A model generated the notes under the pieces. That model ran no database searches, was not told the origin of the DNA, and saw nothing but the letters and a program-made list of their open reading frames with translations. From the IMG/VR virus record IMGVR_UViG_3300048819_000142, positions 52,844-116,843 of that record: a stretch of 64,000 nucleotides of DNA. One strand, written 5' to 3'. The position numbers and the translations under genes are program-made. This document shows positions 35,794 through 45,763 of the stretch, piece after piece (the first letter of the stretch is position 1; every line of letters begins with the position of its first letter). The DNA comes from a virus. Taxonomy: Duplodnaviria; Caudoviricetes.

Positions 35794-37224
35794 TTACTCC
35801 TTTACAAAAATTTGCAGATCCCTTATGACCGCCTCAATAACCTGATCCCACTTGCGCGGTTGAGCCTGCCGATAAATCCTAGTTTGCTTATACCACGGCG
35901 TTGTCGCGACATCAGTACCCCAGCGCCACTCGGGTGGGTTGGGCACGAGCACCCAGCATGGTACGCCCATGCACCCAGCCAGGTGCGCGACAGAGGTGTC
36001 GCACGTGATGACGAGGTCCAGCATCTTCATTGCAGATGCCGTGTCATCAAAATGCCTGAAGTCAGTTCCAAGATCGATGATGGGGTGCTCCGTGACGTCC
36101 GACAATTGCTGTATTACGTCGCCGACTTGGAAAGAGAACAACTGAAGGCCAGGAACTTGTGCGAACCGCGCAAACTGGTTCAGGGGGAGGGATCTGGCAT
36201 GGTCATTGCCGTGGCGCGGATCACCGGCCCAGACAATCCCGATTTTTTTGCAAGGAGAATCGTGGAGTACGCTAATTCTTGCAGCCCACACCGCATCGAG
36301 CTGCGCGTCTGTAATGATGTGGGGACGCCGCCAACAGTTTTCGGGAGAAATCTTGAGCACCCGCATGATGCCAAGTAGTGAGGAGTAGGAGTCGTGGTCA
36401 ATCTTGGTAGCTTCACCGAAGCCAACTACCTCGTCAACTCCGTCGACCCTCGAGACGAGGTCTTTAAGATCTGGTTGGACGAGGTAGACGAGCTTACCGA
36501 ACTTTCCGAGTGCCTTGGCCTCAGCGAGGTACCTAGAGAATTGTATTGCGTCTCCTGATCCTTGGTCTGAGATGACGATGAGTGTCTTCCCTTCCATTTC
36601 CTGACCGGACCATGCCTCGGACATGCTGAGGTTCTTCATCTTCTCATTCTTCTGATAGGACAAGCACCACTCGTACATGCTCCAGCTGTCAACCCACTGC
36701 CCATACGTCATCTGTATGAGCGCCCTATTAAGGAGCATGTGGATGTCACCCGGCTTCTTCTCGAGTGCCCGATCATTCCACGACATCGCCGTGGCAAGAT
36801 TTCCAAGGTCGTACTCGAGCATTGCGATGGCAGACAACACCATGTAGTTTTCGCTATCCTTGTCGTACACGAGCGCGAGTAGCTCCCTTGATTCCTGTAG
36901 GTTGCCCTTCTTCCTCGTGACTTCAGCAAGCGCTATCTTCGCGACCATGTCCTGGGAGTTCATGCGAACAGCTTCATGAAACATTCGCAAAGCTCCGTCA
37001 TTGTTGCCGGTGATGTTGTACAGCGCACCGAGGTTGTAGACTGCCGGCTGATTCTTCTCGTTGAGGTCGACCGAATACTTGAAACAGTCGAACGCGCCAT
37101 TCGCATTCTTCACATTTATGAACTGGTTGCCCAGTTGAAAAAGGAAGTTGGAAATCTCCTCCAGCTTATCCCTCTCCATCCTCACATATTTGGATCTGTC
37201 ATCCGGTGTATGACTTTTGCTCAC
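35794..37224 (-). CDS. TPR-repeat + GT9 (heptosyltransferase-like) glycosyltransferase
   Basis: N-terminal TPRs; W.G......L....QG.GD.IQF.RY, IGIVWAG.P.H.ND..RS, DLVITCDTSVAHLAG..G.P.W, WRW. Confidence 0.85.
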   Translation of the reverse strand: MSKSHTPDDRSKYVRMERDKLEEISNFLFQLGNQFINVKNANGAFDCFKYSVDLNEKNQPAVYNLGALYNITGNNDGALRMFHEAVRMNSQDMVAKIALAEVTRKKGNLQESRELLALVYDKDSENYMVLSAIAMLEYDLGNLATAMSWNDRALEKKPGDIHMLLNRALIQMTYGQWVDSWSMYEWCLSYQKNEKMKNLSMSEAWSGQEMEGKTLIVISDQGSGDAIQFSRYLAEAKALGKFGKLVYLVQPDLKDLVSRVDGVDEVVGFGEATKIDHDSYSSLLGIMRVLKISPENCWRRPHIITDAQLDAVWAARISVLHDSPCKKIGIVWAGDPRHGNDHARSLPLNQFARFAQVPGLQLFSFQVGDVIQQLSDVTEHPIIDLGTDFRHFDDTASAMKMLDLVITCDTSVAHLAGCMGVPCWVLVPNPPEWRWGTDVATTPWYKQTRIYRQAQPRKWDQVIEAVIRDLQIFVKE

Positions 37225-37271
37225 TAAATCATAGTATCACGCGGGTTGATGCCCGAAGTCCGAAAAATTCA

Positions 37272-38186
37272 CTAAAGTTTTGGGAGGGCATCTTGAGCAG
37301 CTTGGGGAAGCTTCATCGATATGTATTTCCCGGCCTTTGTCTGCTTACGAACTACTACTGTGCCAGTCTGCTCAAAGGAGTTGATGGGAGGTTTTTTGCG
37401 TTCTCGCTGGGAACGAAACCAGTTATAGGAGTTGCGAACCTCGATAGGCATATGCTTCACGGCATCCCAGAAATTACCACCACCGAGCCACGGATCCATC
37501 CACCGTGTGGACCTAATTGAGGGATGAAACTTGATATTCCGGGGACCACTTGCTACTGCGAAATAGTCGCCGAGCGGAAAGAAGTGCATGGAGTATAGGT
37601 GTCTCCCAAGGTTAAGCTCTACCCTGTAGACAGACTGAAAGAACCAGTCACGGCCAAATTCCCTTCCTTCCATCTTCTCAAGAATAGGAAGGCATTCTTT
37701 CCAGTCCAGGTGTTCGATGAAGTGATACTTAAAGATTGCCTGCTCAATTCTAGTTCTGCAGGCTTTCATGCAGACCCCGTAGAAGTCAGCACGATATTCG
37801 ATTGACGGGAGTGACGCTGACAGGGAGTCGTATATGACTCCCACACGGAGGTGTGGAGTCGCAACGTCGCAAGCGTAGTAGTGTCGGTAGCAGGACCTGA
37901 ACACGCCCTTCCAAACGCAGGCGCAGATGACCTTCCTATAGAGTCCGTAACCCCTGCAATAAGAACACTGCTCGTTCGCAACAATGATTAAGTTTCCAGG
38001 GATGTTTGCTTGCGCAGCGTATACCTGGGAGTCGAGGCCCTCCTTAGCTGCTTGCTTCCTCAGTGCAGCCATTCGCTGCTCATAGTCGGTGCCCTTGCTC
38101 TTGCGGCCGTCGAATCCCTTACGGTACTTGCTTTGAAAGCTCTGTAGCTTCTTTTCGTACACCGATGGTTCTGCTGGTTCTGGCAT
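37272..38186 (-). CDS. Hypothetical protein with Zn-finger-like CxxC...CxC
   Basis: CSYCRG...ICAC; own -10 (TATAAT at 38195-38200). Confidence 0.55.
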   Translation of the reverse strand: MPEPAEPSVYEKKLQSFQSKYRKGFDGRKSKGTDYEQRMAALRKQAAKEGLDSQVYAAQANIPGNLIIVANEQCSYCRGYGLYRKVICACVWKGVFRSCYRHYYACDVATPHLRVGVIYDSLSASLPSIEYRADFYGVCMKACRTRIEQAIFKYHFIEHLDWKECLPILEKMEGREFGRDWFFQSVYRVELNLGRHLYSMHFFPLGDYFAVASGPRNIKFHPSIRSTRWMDPWLGGGNFWDAVKHMPIEVRNSYNWFRSQRERKKPPINSFEQTGTVVVRKQTKAGKYISMKLPQAAQDALPKL

Positions 38187-38623
38187 CCAGTACCATTATA
38201 CAACGAGTGGGATTATATCGGAAACATCGATGTTGCGCTTGTGGTACAATTGGATAGTGCGTGGCTTGTGCATCGTCGAGCATCCCTACCTTATTCCGTT
38301 TTTCCTTCCTGATTGTTTTTCCCAAGGTCCTATCGACAGTGTTGTTCACCTATTGTCGGGCTGTAGAGCTGACGTAGTGCTGATTGGCATTTGAATTCAA
38401 CAACATCCGTAACGACATGAGCGTGGTTATTGTCTCTACTAACTTCGAGCCGTCAGGATTTTTTTTAAATGCGACGAGTAGAAGCATGTAGAGTCAACAT
38501 CCAATAAACTCACCCAATAACCTCAACAAAACAAAGAACATAAGCTCTCTACCCTCCGTAATAGGGAGACAATACTCCCAACATAGCTACACCCTCGGGG
38601 GTGGGACTCATTCTTCCTGATTC

Positions 38624-39247
38624 CTAATCTTCCTTAATTTCTAAGACAACGCCCTCAAATTCAGGGCGAGAGATGAATTCTGCAAATGACACGCGTCGCA
38701 ATATTTTCTTAGCGAACAGCGTTGACTTGTAGTACGTGAAGACGACAAGCGCCCCCTGCTTACCTTCGACCTCGGAAGCCCTAGCAAGCACAATGCTGTT
38801 GGCGTCTTCATTGGTCCAGATACTGCGCCCGTCGTCCACAAGCATCTGCACTATTTGCTTAGCTTGCTTCGCGAGCTTCCTGTAGAACAAGTTGACCATG
38901 TCGTCGTTGCTAGGGATGCAGAGTTGGATCAGTTCGATCTTGGAAACGTCAGCGATCTTGTTATTGCCGAAACCGTCCTTCCTACGCTGCCACTTGTTCG
39001 CGTCATAGCCCCCTGGCGCTCCAAGGGTGAGCACATACCAGAGTCGTCGAGCAGCTTCTTCTCTGTTGGAAGAGAAACCAACCCTTGCCCCAAGGAGCTG
39101 CTCCCTCATTTTATCGAGGGATTGTAAGGGCGCAGCTCGAGCTAACTCTTCGGGTGAAGAAAAAGCAATGGCGCCCTCGGGCACGTCAGATAAGCGTGAG
39201 AACACCTTGCAGGTGCTTTGATCGATAAAGGCAACAACCAGCGACAT
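38624..39247 (-). CDS. Winged-helix-like paralogue family member 2
   Basis: LAKQAKQIV...KQ.ALVVF.YYK..L. Confidence 0.6.
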   Translation of the reverse strand: MSLVVAFIDQSTCKVFSRLSDVPEGAIAFSSPEELARAAPLQSLDKMREQLLGARVGFSSNREEAARRLWYVLTLGAPGGYDANKWQRRKDGFGNNKIADVSKIELIQLCIPSNDDMVNLFYRKLAKQAKQIVQMLVDDGRSIWTNEDANSIVLARASEVEGKQGALVVFTYYKSTLFAKKILRRVSFAEFISRPEFEGVVLEIKED

Positions 39248-39716
39248 TAAGCGACTCTCTTCCTTTTATTCTTAATTGCAATCTTCACAGAGATCCTCCA
39301 TGTGGCGAGGGCAGCTCGATCCCGAGGGGGATCGCTGAGGAGCTCTTTGCTGACTGAGAAATCGTACCCAACGATGACTTCATTGGCCATCAGCTTGACG
39401 CGTGTGACCATGGACGAAGCCCTGGTCTTGGTGGTGCGTGCCTCAAACTGGATTACGTGGTGTGTGTCTGTCCTGGACGACGACACCTCACCACAAAAGT
39501 TGTAGGTCTGTGTCCAGTGACCGATCTTATCTGCTAACTCTTTCGAGCTCATTACTTTTCCTTTCGCTTGGGCGGAGGAAATTTCCCCGTAGTTTCAAGA
39601 GTCAGGCACCGCGTGCACCTGCAATCCCAGGGATGGTCTCCGTTTCCTAAGCAGGCACACTCCTCTAACTGCTTACTGCAACGAAAGCAAACACGCTTCG
39701 CAGACTTCTCCATGTT

Positions 39717-40298
39717 TTACATCACCTCCTGTAAGTTAGCATCCGATACGGCCCTCGTCTTTGGGGCGAGGTCCACGACTTCCGCGAGCAGGCCCTGATT
39801 AACTAGGTGCCTGCGATGAATGTTCAAGAACTGGAAGCCATCCATCTTGGTGGGACGGAGGCTAAATCTTTCGAAGTGTTCGTTGAAGAGCTGGTTCAGC
39901 TCCACTAACGTATACTCCTTTTTCCCGAACGCGAACAATAGCCTCAATACTGACGCTGCCTGTGGCTGGACTACACCAGCCAGGTCAACTTTGCCATCCC
40001 ACAGCAGCCTGTAGGCGACGACACGTTTATTGCTTCTTGGGGCGAGGAACTTGGTTATGTCCTCGATCGAAGGATTCGGCTCCTTAGGAAATAGCACCGG
40101 GGTCCCGGCTCCCAGACTATAGATGCCGGAGTCTGGAGACTGGTCCTCCACTGAGATTACCACATACGGGGACTGTGAATACACGCGAGTTACGCGGTAG
40201 AGTGTGTCCCTCGACATCTGCCTCTTATTCAAGCTCGGCTGCTGCGGGTGGGCCGGCCGAAACTTATCTCCAACGCCCAATATTCTTAAGAACTTCAT
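39717..40298 (-). CDS. Winged-helix-like paralogue family member 3
   Basis: QPQAASVL...TKMD..QFL..HRR.L...GLL. Confidence 0.55.
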   Translation of the reverse strand: MKFLRILGVGDKFRPAHPQQPSLNKRQMSRDTLYRVTRVYSQSPYVVISVEDQSPDSGIYSLGAGTPVLFPKEPNPSIEDITKFLAPRSNKRVVAYRLLWDGKVDLAGVVQPQAASVLRLLFAFGKKEYTLVELNQLFNEHFERFSLRPTKMDGFQFLNIHRRHLVNQGLLAEVVDLAPKTRAVSDANLQEVM

Positions 40299-40466
40299 TT
40301 CAGCATCAGCCTCTTCATGCTTCGCTGCTTATCGCGCAGTGCCCTCCACGTGGGAAAGATGTTCTTGTCCGCGGACATGCGAATGAGGTCAACATTGCCT
40401 CCCCAGTCACGGTAGTAGTCCTCGATTTTCTTCAGGGCAACTTCCACCTGATCAATGGTCAGTGCG

Positions 40467-40910
40467 TCAACAGTCACGGGACCTCTCAAGTATCATTCGC
40501 GCAAGGTCTGCGTCCCTGCGAGTCAATGCCACCATAGGGTCTACAAGGACAAGGAGGTTTTGCCCAGCAAAAGTCAGTAATCCTGGTAGCGTATCGTCAA
40601 TGACTACGAAGGATTCAACGTCCTCCCTGCTATCAAGCCAGGCAAATATCTCATCGCCGCGCTGCCCGAGGACGGGTGTTTTGTCAATTACCTCTAGTTC
40701 ACAGCCCCAGTCTTTAAGGCACTTCGCCAACTTCTCGATGGGAACCTTTTCCCTCCAGTCTGAGGTCACTACAATCTTGGCTTCCGTCTCGCTACCGAGC
40801 AGATTAAGCATAGACATCGCTCGAGGGCTCACCTTCGCAGGTCTCCGCTTTTTGTCAGGCGCGGAGAATGGGACCAGCGGTCCATCGAAATCAAGGAAGA
40901 TGATCTTCAA
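40467..40910 (-). CDS. HAD phosphatase, Swiss-Army-Knife RNA-repair type
   Basis: IIFLDFDGPL, IVVTSDWR, RGDEI..WL, FVVIDD. Confidence 0.8.
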   Translation of the reverse strand: MKIIFLDFDGPLVPFSAPDKKRRPAKVSPRAMSMLNLLGSETEAKIVVTSDWREKVPIEKLAKCLKDWGCELEVIDKTPVLGQRGDEIFAWLDSREDVESFVVIDDTLPGLLTFAGQNLLVLVDPMVALTRRDADLARMILERSRDC

Positions 40911-41260
40911 AGTAGTTTCCTCGCCTCTTCTTGGGTGTCAAACCGAAGCCCAGTATCCTTAAACTTATCATCTGACCCAATGGTTACTATGCACCATTGT
41001 TTGCTGCCCTTGTCCTCAGTAACAAGGAAGATGTTGCCGGCAGACCGCCACCGGAACAGGGGGTCTTCCGTCGGCATGTCGAGGAGTTCCTCGGCGGCAC
41101 GACCAGCCGCAGAGATGTCGGGCCAATTCCCGCCGGCTACTAATTTTCCGTCAGGCTGCTCCAATTCTACTGCGAATTCAGAACCACGCCGGTAAAAGAA
41201 CCCCCTGGCCACGGCGCCACGTGTGACGTAGACCTGCACATGGTATGGGATCCCCGTCAT
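40907..41260 (-). CDS. Hypothetical protein
   Basis: Packed ORF with overlapping start/stop. Confidence 0.55.
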   Translation of the reverse strand: MTGIPYHVQVYVTRGAVARGFFYRRGSEFAVELEQPDGKLVAGGNWPDISAAGRAAEELLDMPTEDPLFRWRSAGNIFLVTEDKGSKQWCIVTIGSDDKFKDTGLRFDTQEEARKLL

Positions 41261-41650
41261 ACGAAGATCTCCATGGGCAGGAGCCTTGGCTCATCTTTTG
41301 GGTTAGACACGCAACTTGCCCCGACCGAGATATTCATCAGCAATTCAGTGCCACACCCGCCGCACTTGAAGTCAGTGTAGCCCATCATTTTCGGGTAAAT
41401 TAAGTACTGGGTACCGAGCTTGATGTCTTCGTTGAGGAGCGTGAAACCGCACTCGCATATCGAGAGCTTTTTAAGTCGCATCAGTAGGAGAATGTTGTTC
41501 ATTCGACCTCCACGGCTTCGAGGTTAATCACCAAATCCCCGAGTGCTTCCTCCGCTTCTCGAATGGCATCTGCTGATGTCAGCGCGTCAGATGTCCCGAG
41601 TAGTTTTTGCTCGCCGGGCTTTGACCTGAACTCCCCGTACACATTAAAGC

Positions 41651-42313
41651 TCATTCGTCTACCTCTTCCAGATGGCCCTCATCGATCATGCGACGGCGGT
41701 AGAAAGCGAAGATCTTCAACGGTTCTTGCTTGGTCTTGAGCTCATCCTTGTGCTCCGTCAAGATCAGCTCGATGGAGGCTTCAGTGAAGTTCTCTCGACC
41801 AGTGTCATTCATCAGGTCAAGGATAACCTTGGCCTGGCGAGGCAGTTCATCGTAAGACGCTATGAGCTCAGCTCCTTCATGGTAGTGGAGGATATAGCCC
41901 TTCTCCTGCGCGCGCCTCGAGACTGAGTGCCCAGTTACGTTAGCAAACTCGGCGGTGTCCACGAAGTCGAGTACTTCTTTTTCTGTGGCGAGTCGGTATT
42001 CCGACCTCACCCTCATTCCGAGAACCTGACCGTTTGGCACAAGCGACAATTCATCGTCGCGATTAGTTGCGCCTCGATTGATGAACGATTTCCCGGCCAG
42101 CAGGTGAGCCTTTATCTGCTCCTGCAGCCAGGGTTTCATGAATCCTGAGACACACAACGCTTCCGCAGTCTTGTCGAGCCCAAGCATAATCAGGGACGGG
42201 CCAACGACAGGCCCCTGTATCCCAGGCCACCGTTGAACTCTTACCTTGCTCGACATCTTGTCGCCTGGGGTAACCGGCGTCAGCTGATCATCATCCGATT
42301 GATTGTCCATCAT
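41651..42313 (-). CDS. Winged-helix-like paralogue family member 4
   Basis: LPRQAKVIL...KTKQEPLKIFAFYRRRM..EG.L. Confidence 0.65.
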   Translation of the reverse strand: MMDNQSDDDQLTPVTPGDKMSSKVRVQRWPGIQGPVVGPSLIMLGLDKTAEALCVSGFMKPWLQEQIKAHLLAGKSFINRGATNRDDELSLVPNGQVLGMRVRSEYRLATEKEVLDFVDTAEFANVTGHSVSRRAQEKGYILHYHEGAELIASYDELPRQAKVILDLMNDTGRENFTEASIELILTEHKDELKTKQEPLKIFAFYRRRMIDEGHLEEVDE

Positions 42314-42327
42314 CTCCCCTAAGTTTT

Positions 42328-42358
42328 ATTGTACAACAGTAAACTGCCGCGTGTTCGG
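42328..42358 (-). promoter_or_regulatory. Phage CCG-N22-(-10) promoter
   Basis: CCGAACACGCGGCAGTTTACTGTTG-TACAAT. Confidence 0.7.
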
Positions 42359-42382
42359 CTTTGTTCCCAAGTTGTTTCAGAC

Positions 42383-42730
42383 TCAGGCTCCGACAGTGTC
42401 GCGCTCGGAAATCTTGGGAACTTCCACTTCGCCAAGGATAAACTCAACGTCGATGACCTGACCAGGGCGAAGCTTGTCGAAGTTCTTGGAAATGTAGATG
42501 TGCGCAGTCTGGTACGTCCTGTCTCCCCACGAATAGGGATCTGCACTCGCCTTATAGTTGCAGTCAATAATCCTGACAAGGAGCACATGTTCCTTTTGAC
42601 TAGCATCGTCCCTGCTGAACCCTGCTCGCCAGAACAACCATCGTTCCTGAGCGTTTTCGGAGCCAAATTGTGTTGCGAGCACGGGAATGCATGTTGCACG
42701 ATCCCTTACTTCGAATACCTTTGATACCAT
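42383..42730 (-). CDS. Conserved phage hypothetical protein
   Basis: EVRDRAT.IPV.A, DPY.W..RT...AH.YI...FD.L..G.V.DVEFILGE; AAAGGA RBS. Confidence 0.65.
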   Translation of the reverse strand: MVSKVFEVRDRATCIPVLATQFGSENAQERWLFWRAGFSRDDASQKEHVLLVRIIDCNYKASADPYSWGDRTYQTAHIYISKNFDKLRPGQVIDVEFILGEVEVPKISERDTVGA

Positions 42731-42766
42731 CGGTGTGTTCCTTTCGAATTTAGACTAACAGAAGAA

Positions 42767-42849
42767 ATTTGACCATAGGAAATACCATCCTAATACAATC
42801 GGTTTACCTATGTGACCACTCAGTTGCGGAGAGTATGACCAAAAGTCAT
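42767..42849. repeat. Dispersed TGACCA-N60-TGACCA element, copy 3
   Basis: TGACCA at 42770 and 42836 (66 bp apart), GTTGCGGAG at the same offset as in the other copies. Confidence 0.8.
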
Positions 42850-43313
42850 TAAAAGAGACTATATTGGCCCCTCTTGTCAGCCACAGGTTCTTTCGGTTTG
42901 GGCGGCCCATCCTTTATCGGTGGACCAAGAACAATCCGTGCGTCCGTGAGGCACATTGTCGTTAACTCACACAACATTTGGGGAGTTAATTCCCCGTGCG
43001 GCGGCCAGATTATCGGCTCCGTAGGAGGCCCCGCCGGAGGCGGGACAATTTTGGGACTTTGTTCTAGTCCACGGTCTCCGACCCAACTGGAATCCCACTT
43101 GTCAGCCCAATGGTGCTGTATCGGGCTGAGTCGATAACCTTTGCTTCTTTGATCAAACCAGTGCTTTGCGAGTTGGTCATAGCACTCGCCAGGCTTATGC
43201 CCCATGCGGCGAACTACAGCTGGGTCTCGGAGAGCATCTTCCCAGGATTCCTTGGTAAACTCCGAGTGCTCAATTGAGCCATCTTCGTAATGCCTACACA
43301 GCACTAGTGCCAT
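42849..43313 (-). CDS. Hypothetical protein
   Basis: Long ORF, Pro-rich C-terminus. Confidence 0.5.
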   Translation of the reverse strand: MALVLCRHYEDGSIEHSEFTKESWEDALRDPAVVRRMGHKPGECYDQLAKHWFDQRSKGYRLSPIQHHWADKWDSSWVGDRGLEQSPKIVPPPAGPPTEPIIWPPHGELTPQMLCELTTMCLTDARIVLGPPIKDGPPKPKEPVADKRGQYSLF

Positions 43314-43357
43314 ACATTACACTCGCGACATTCGTCGTCTGCCAAAGGTCAACTCTC

Positions 43358-43388
43358 CCGTTATGTCAGAACCCAGGCATGATACTAT
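43358..43388 (+). promoter_or_regulatory. Phage CCG-N22-(-10) promoter on the plus strand
   Basis: CCGTTATGTCAGAACCCAGGCATGA-TACTAT, upstream of an AGGAG RBS and the isolated plus-strand gene. Confidence 0.65.
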
Positions 43389-43409
43389 AGACTTAGGAGT
43401 CATAGACCT

Positions 43410-43640
43410 ATGACGAAACTCTATAAATACACGGACGGAACGCACAACATCGCTGATCTTCCTCCTCAGGCCGCAGCAATCGTTGAGGAGATCAAGAATA
43501 GTGGTGTCGTCAAGCGAGACGACCTGCTTAAGACGCTCGAAGGGCGATTTCGCGATTATAACCAAACACCAAAACATGTCTTGGCGTTTTATCGCGGGCG
43601 CCTCATTCGAGAGGGTTTTATGATGGAAATCACCGTTTGA
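43410..43640 (+). CDS. Winged-helix-like paralogue family member 5 (stand-alone domain)
   Basis: LPPQAAAIV...RDDL...QTPKHVLAFYRGRLIREG; AGGAG RBS. Confidence 0.7.
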   Translation: MTKLYKYTDGTHNIADLPPQAAAIVEEIKNSGVVKRDDLLKTLEGRFRDYNQTPKHVLAFYRGRLIREGFMMEITV

Positions 43641-44099
43641 CGCATTACCACTGCTTCGGCGGCTTCTCCTTTTGCTCAGGCTCAAGGCGAAGTTGTCGAA
43701 GCACGCCCAAAGCCTCCTTCGAATCAAGGAAGATGGAGGTAACTTCGCCCTTCCCGTCAAGGGAGTAGCCAATCTTGAGTTGGACAATGTACTCCTTTCC
43801 CGGTATGGTTCCGGCACCGTTTGGCAGCTCGGTTGGCTTCGTGCGTTTTTTCAGCTTCCGGACAAAAGCGATGATATCCTCGTCAAACAGGTCATCGCCT
43901 ATTGCGATCTTCTTTGCCATGTCATTCCCCGTAGAGTTGCAGCTCTTTGCAGGTCCTGCTGTTGCTTAGTGAATCGAGCTTCTTTGCCATGTCCTCGAGG
44001 TGCTTCTTCCTTTTCGGGGCCTTGTCTTCAGAAGCCTGGACAGCACAGTAACCTGCGAGCATCCTGAGGTGCTTGTAAATACTTTCTCCCTCAAGGGGT

Positions 44100-44528
44100 T
44101 TAAGTCGGTAATTCGCCATCTTTCCTCCACATGATTTCGATCGGCATATTTCTTTTGCGGGCAAGCCTTATGCAGTGCCACGTCCCGCTCCGGAGCTCCT
44201 CATGGAGGAGTTTTGGGAAAGCTAGCAATTGATCGCGGCCGGTCTTGAGGATTGTCTCATTCCTAGCGAGCGGTGGAGCCGGCTCAGCCAAGTAGTTACA
44301 ATCCAGGACAGCCCTTGACAGAGTAGATGCGGTTGATGGAAACGCTGCGATATAGACCTTCCGACCCAACACCCTCACAACTGAGTTATGAAACTGGATA
44401 TCTGATCCCTCGCAATAACCGTGGGCAACGAGTGAGATTATGCCGCGACGCTGGTCGAGCCAGCTTTCGAGCTGCTCAATTTGTGTTCGGCTTCCGCCCT
44501 CCCTTGTGCCTGTGAAAGCAACTCGCAT
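44100..44528 (-). CDS. SLOG/YspA-like nucleotide-binding protein
   Basis: VAFTGTR.G, HG.C.G.D, L.RN..I, SGTW..IR.AR. Confidence 0.65.
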   Translation of the reverse strand: MRVAFTGTREGGSRTQIEQLESWLDQRRGIISLVAHGYCEGSDIQFHNSVVRVLGRKVYIAAFPSTASTLSRAVLDCNYLAEPAPPLARNETILKTGRDQLLAFPKLLHEELRSGTWHCIRLARKRNMPIEIMWRKDGELPT

Positions 44529-45325
44529 TCGAACTGCACCTCCCTTTCAAGGAGAACCGCAAGGCGAGTCGCGCCCATGGCCTGTTCTTCCTTGTGCTTC
44601 CAACCATTTGCAAATCCGTGCGGACCTCCGCAGTTTGGGCAGGCAACGACACCGAAAGTCGCCCCCTGTTCATTGAGGGCGTGGAGGAATTCGGGGTCAG
44701 TCAAATGACCGCGATCCTCAATCACTACGGCTTGGTACTGGTACGTTTTCAGCGTCATTGCTCCTCACGTTGTGGGCAGGATTACCCACATCTTTCTTAC
44801 AAAAAGCGCACAAGTCTTCGGACACTTCAGGCAGGAACGGGTGAGCCTCATCCAAGAACATGAACGGAAAAGCGCACTTCGGATATCCCGATATCGGTGG
44901 CCAGTACTCATGGTACTGTTCTTGCCCGGTAAGCCCGGGCAGCATCTTTAACCCTTGATCGCAAAAGTAGCAGGGCACCTACGACAGCCTCAGCAACTTC
45001 TTTAACCGTAAAACTAAGTGGCGAAAGTCGTTGCAACGATCCGTCTTTGGCGGAACTTCTTTCCAGACGCCGTCAACCTGAATGACTTGGTTTTTAGTAG
45101 ATGATTGCGCAAGCATCGACCAATCAACATCCTCCGTATACAGCCAGAGAACATATTCTACAATCGCCCTATTCTCCTCACTGCCATCGATACGATTACC
45201 ATCGATCCAGGCTGAGCAGTGAGGTATCCAATCGTAAAGGTTCTCCCACTTATCTATGTACGGCTGATCGGGTATAAGCGAAGCCTCCAAGTTATGGAGC
45301 CAGATCGGCCTTGATTCTGGTGGCG

Positions 45326-45763
45326 TCATACTTCCCCGTTTAATATCTTCTCCGCAGCAAACACGTCGTGCAGCCGCAACCCTTTATCAGGAGCAGGAGA
45401 TACCATCTGCCTTGCAAACTCCTCAAGGTCAGTTCGATCATCGTCGATCAGGACGAACGACTCAACAGTGTTCAAGCTGAGCCAGACGCGGACGTCCTTA
45501 CCCCGATCCTCATCTCCGCCAACCCACTGGAGTTTGTCCAGCACCGACCACTTGTATCCCCACATCTTGAGGATGCCTTCCAGCTCCTCGACTGATCTGC
45601 CCTCCCTCCATGAGGAGGACACGACAACCTCAGCCTGTGTCAGGTTGACCAGCAGGTTCAGGTTGTTGATTGCCTCGACACTTGGCCTCAGGTTGGGCTC
45701 GAATTTGCCTCCTTGTGGCAATGGCAGGATCACGCCGTCAAAATCAAGAAAGATTACCTTCAC
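45326..45763 (-). CDS. HAD phosphatase, Swiss-Army-Knife RNA-repair type (second copy)
   Basis: VIFLDFDGVI, VVVSSSWR, RG..V..WL, FVLIDD; GTG start at 45763. Confidence 0.8.
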   Translation of the reverse strand: MKVIFLDFDGVILPLPQGGKFEPNLRPSVEAINNLNLLVNLTQAEVVVSSSWREGRSVEELEGILKMWGYKWSVLDKLQWVGGDEDRGKDVRVWLSLNTVESFVLIDDDRTDLEEFARQMVSPAPDKGLRLHDVFAAEKILNGEV

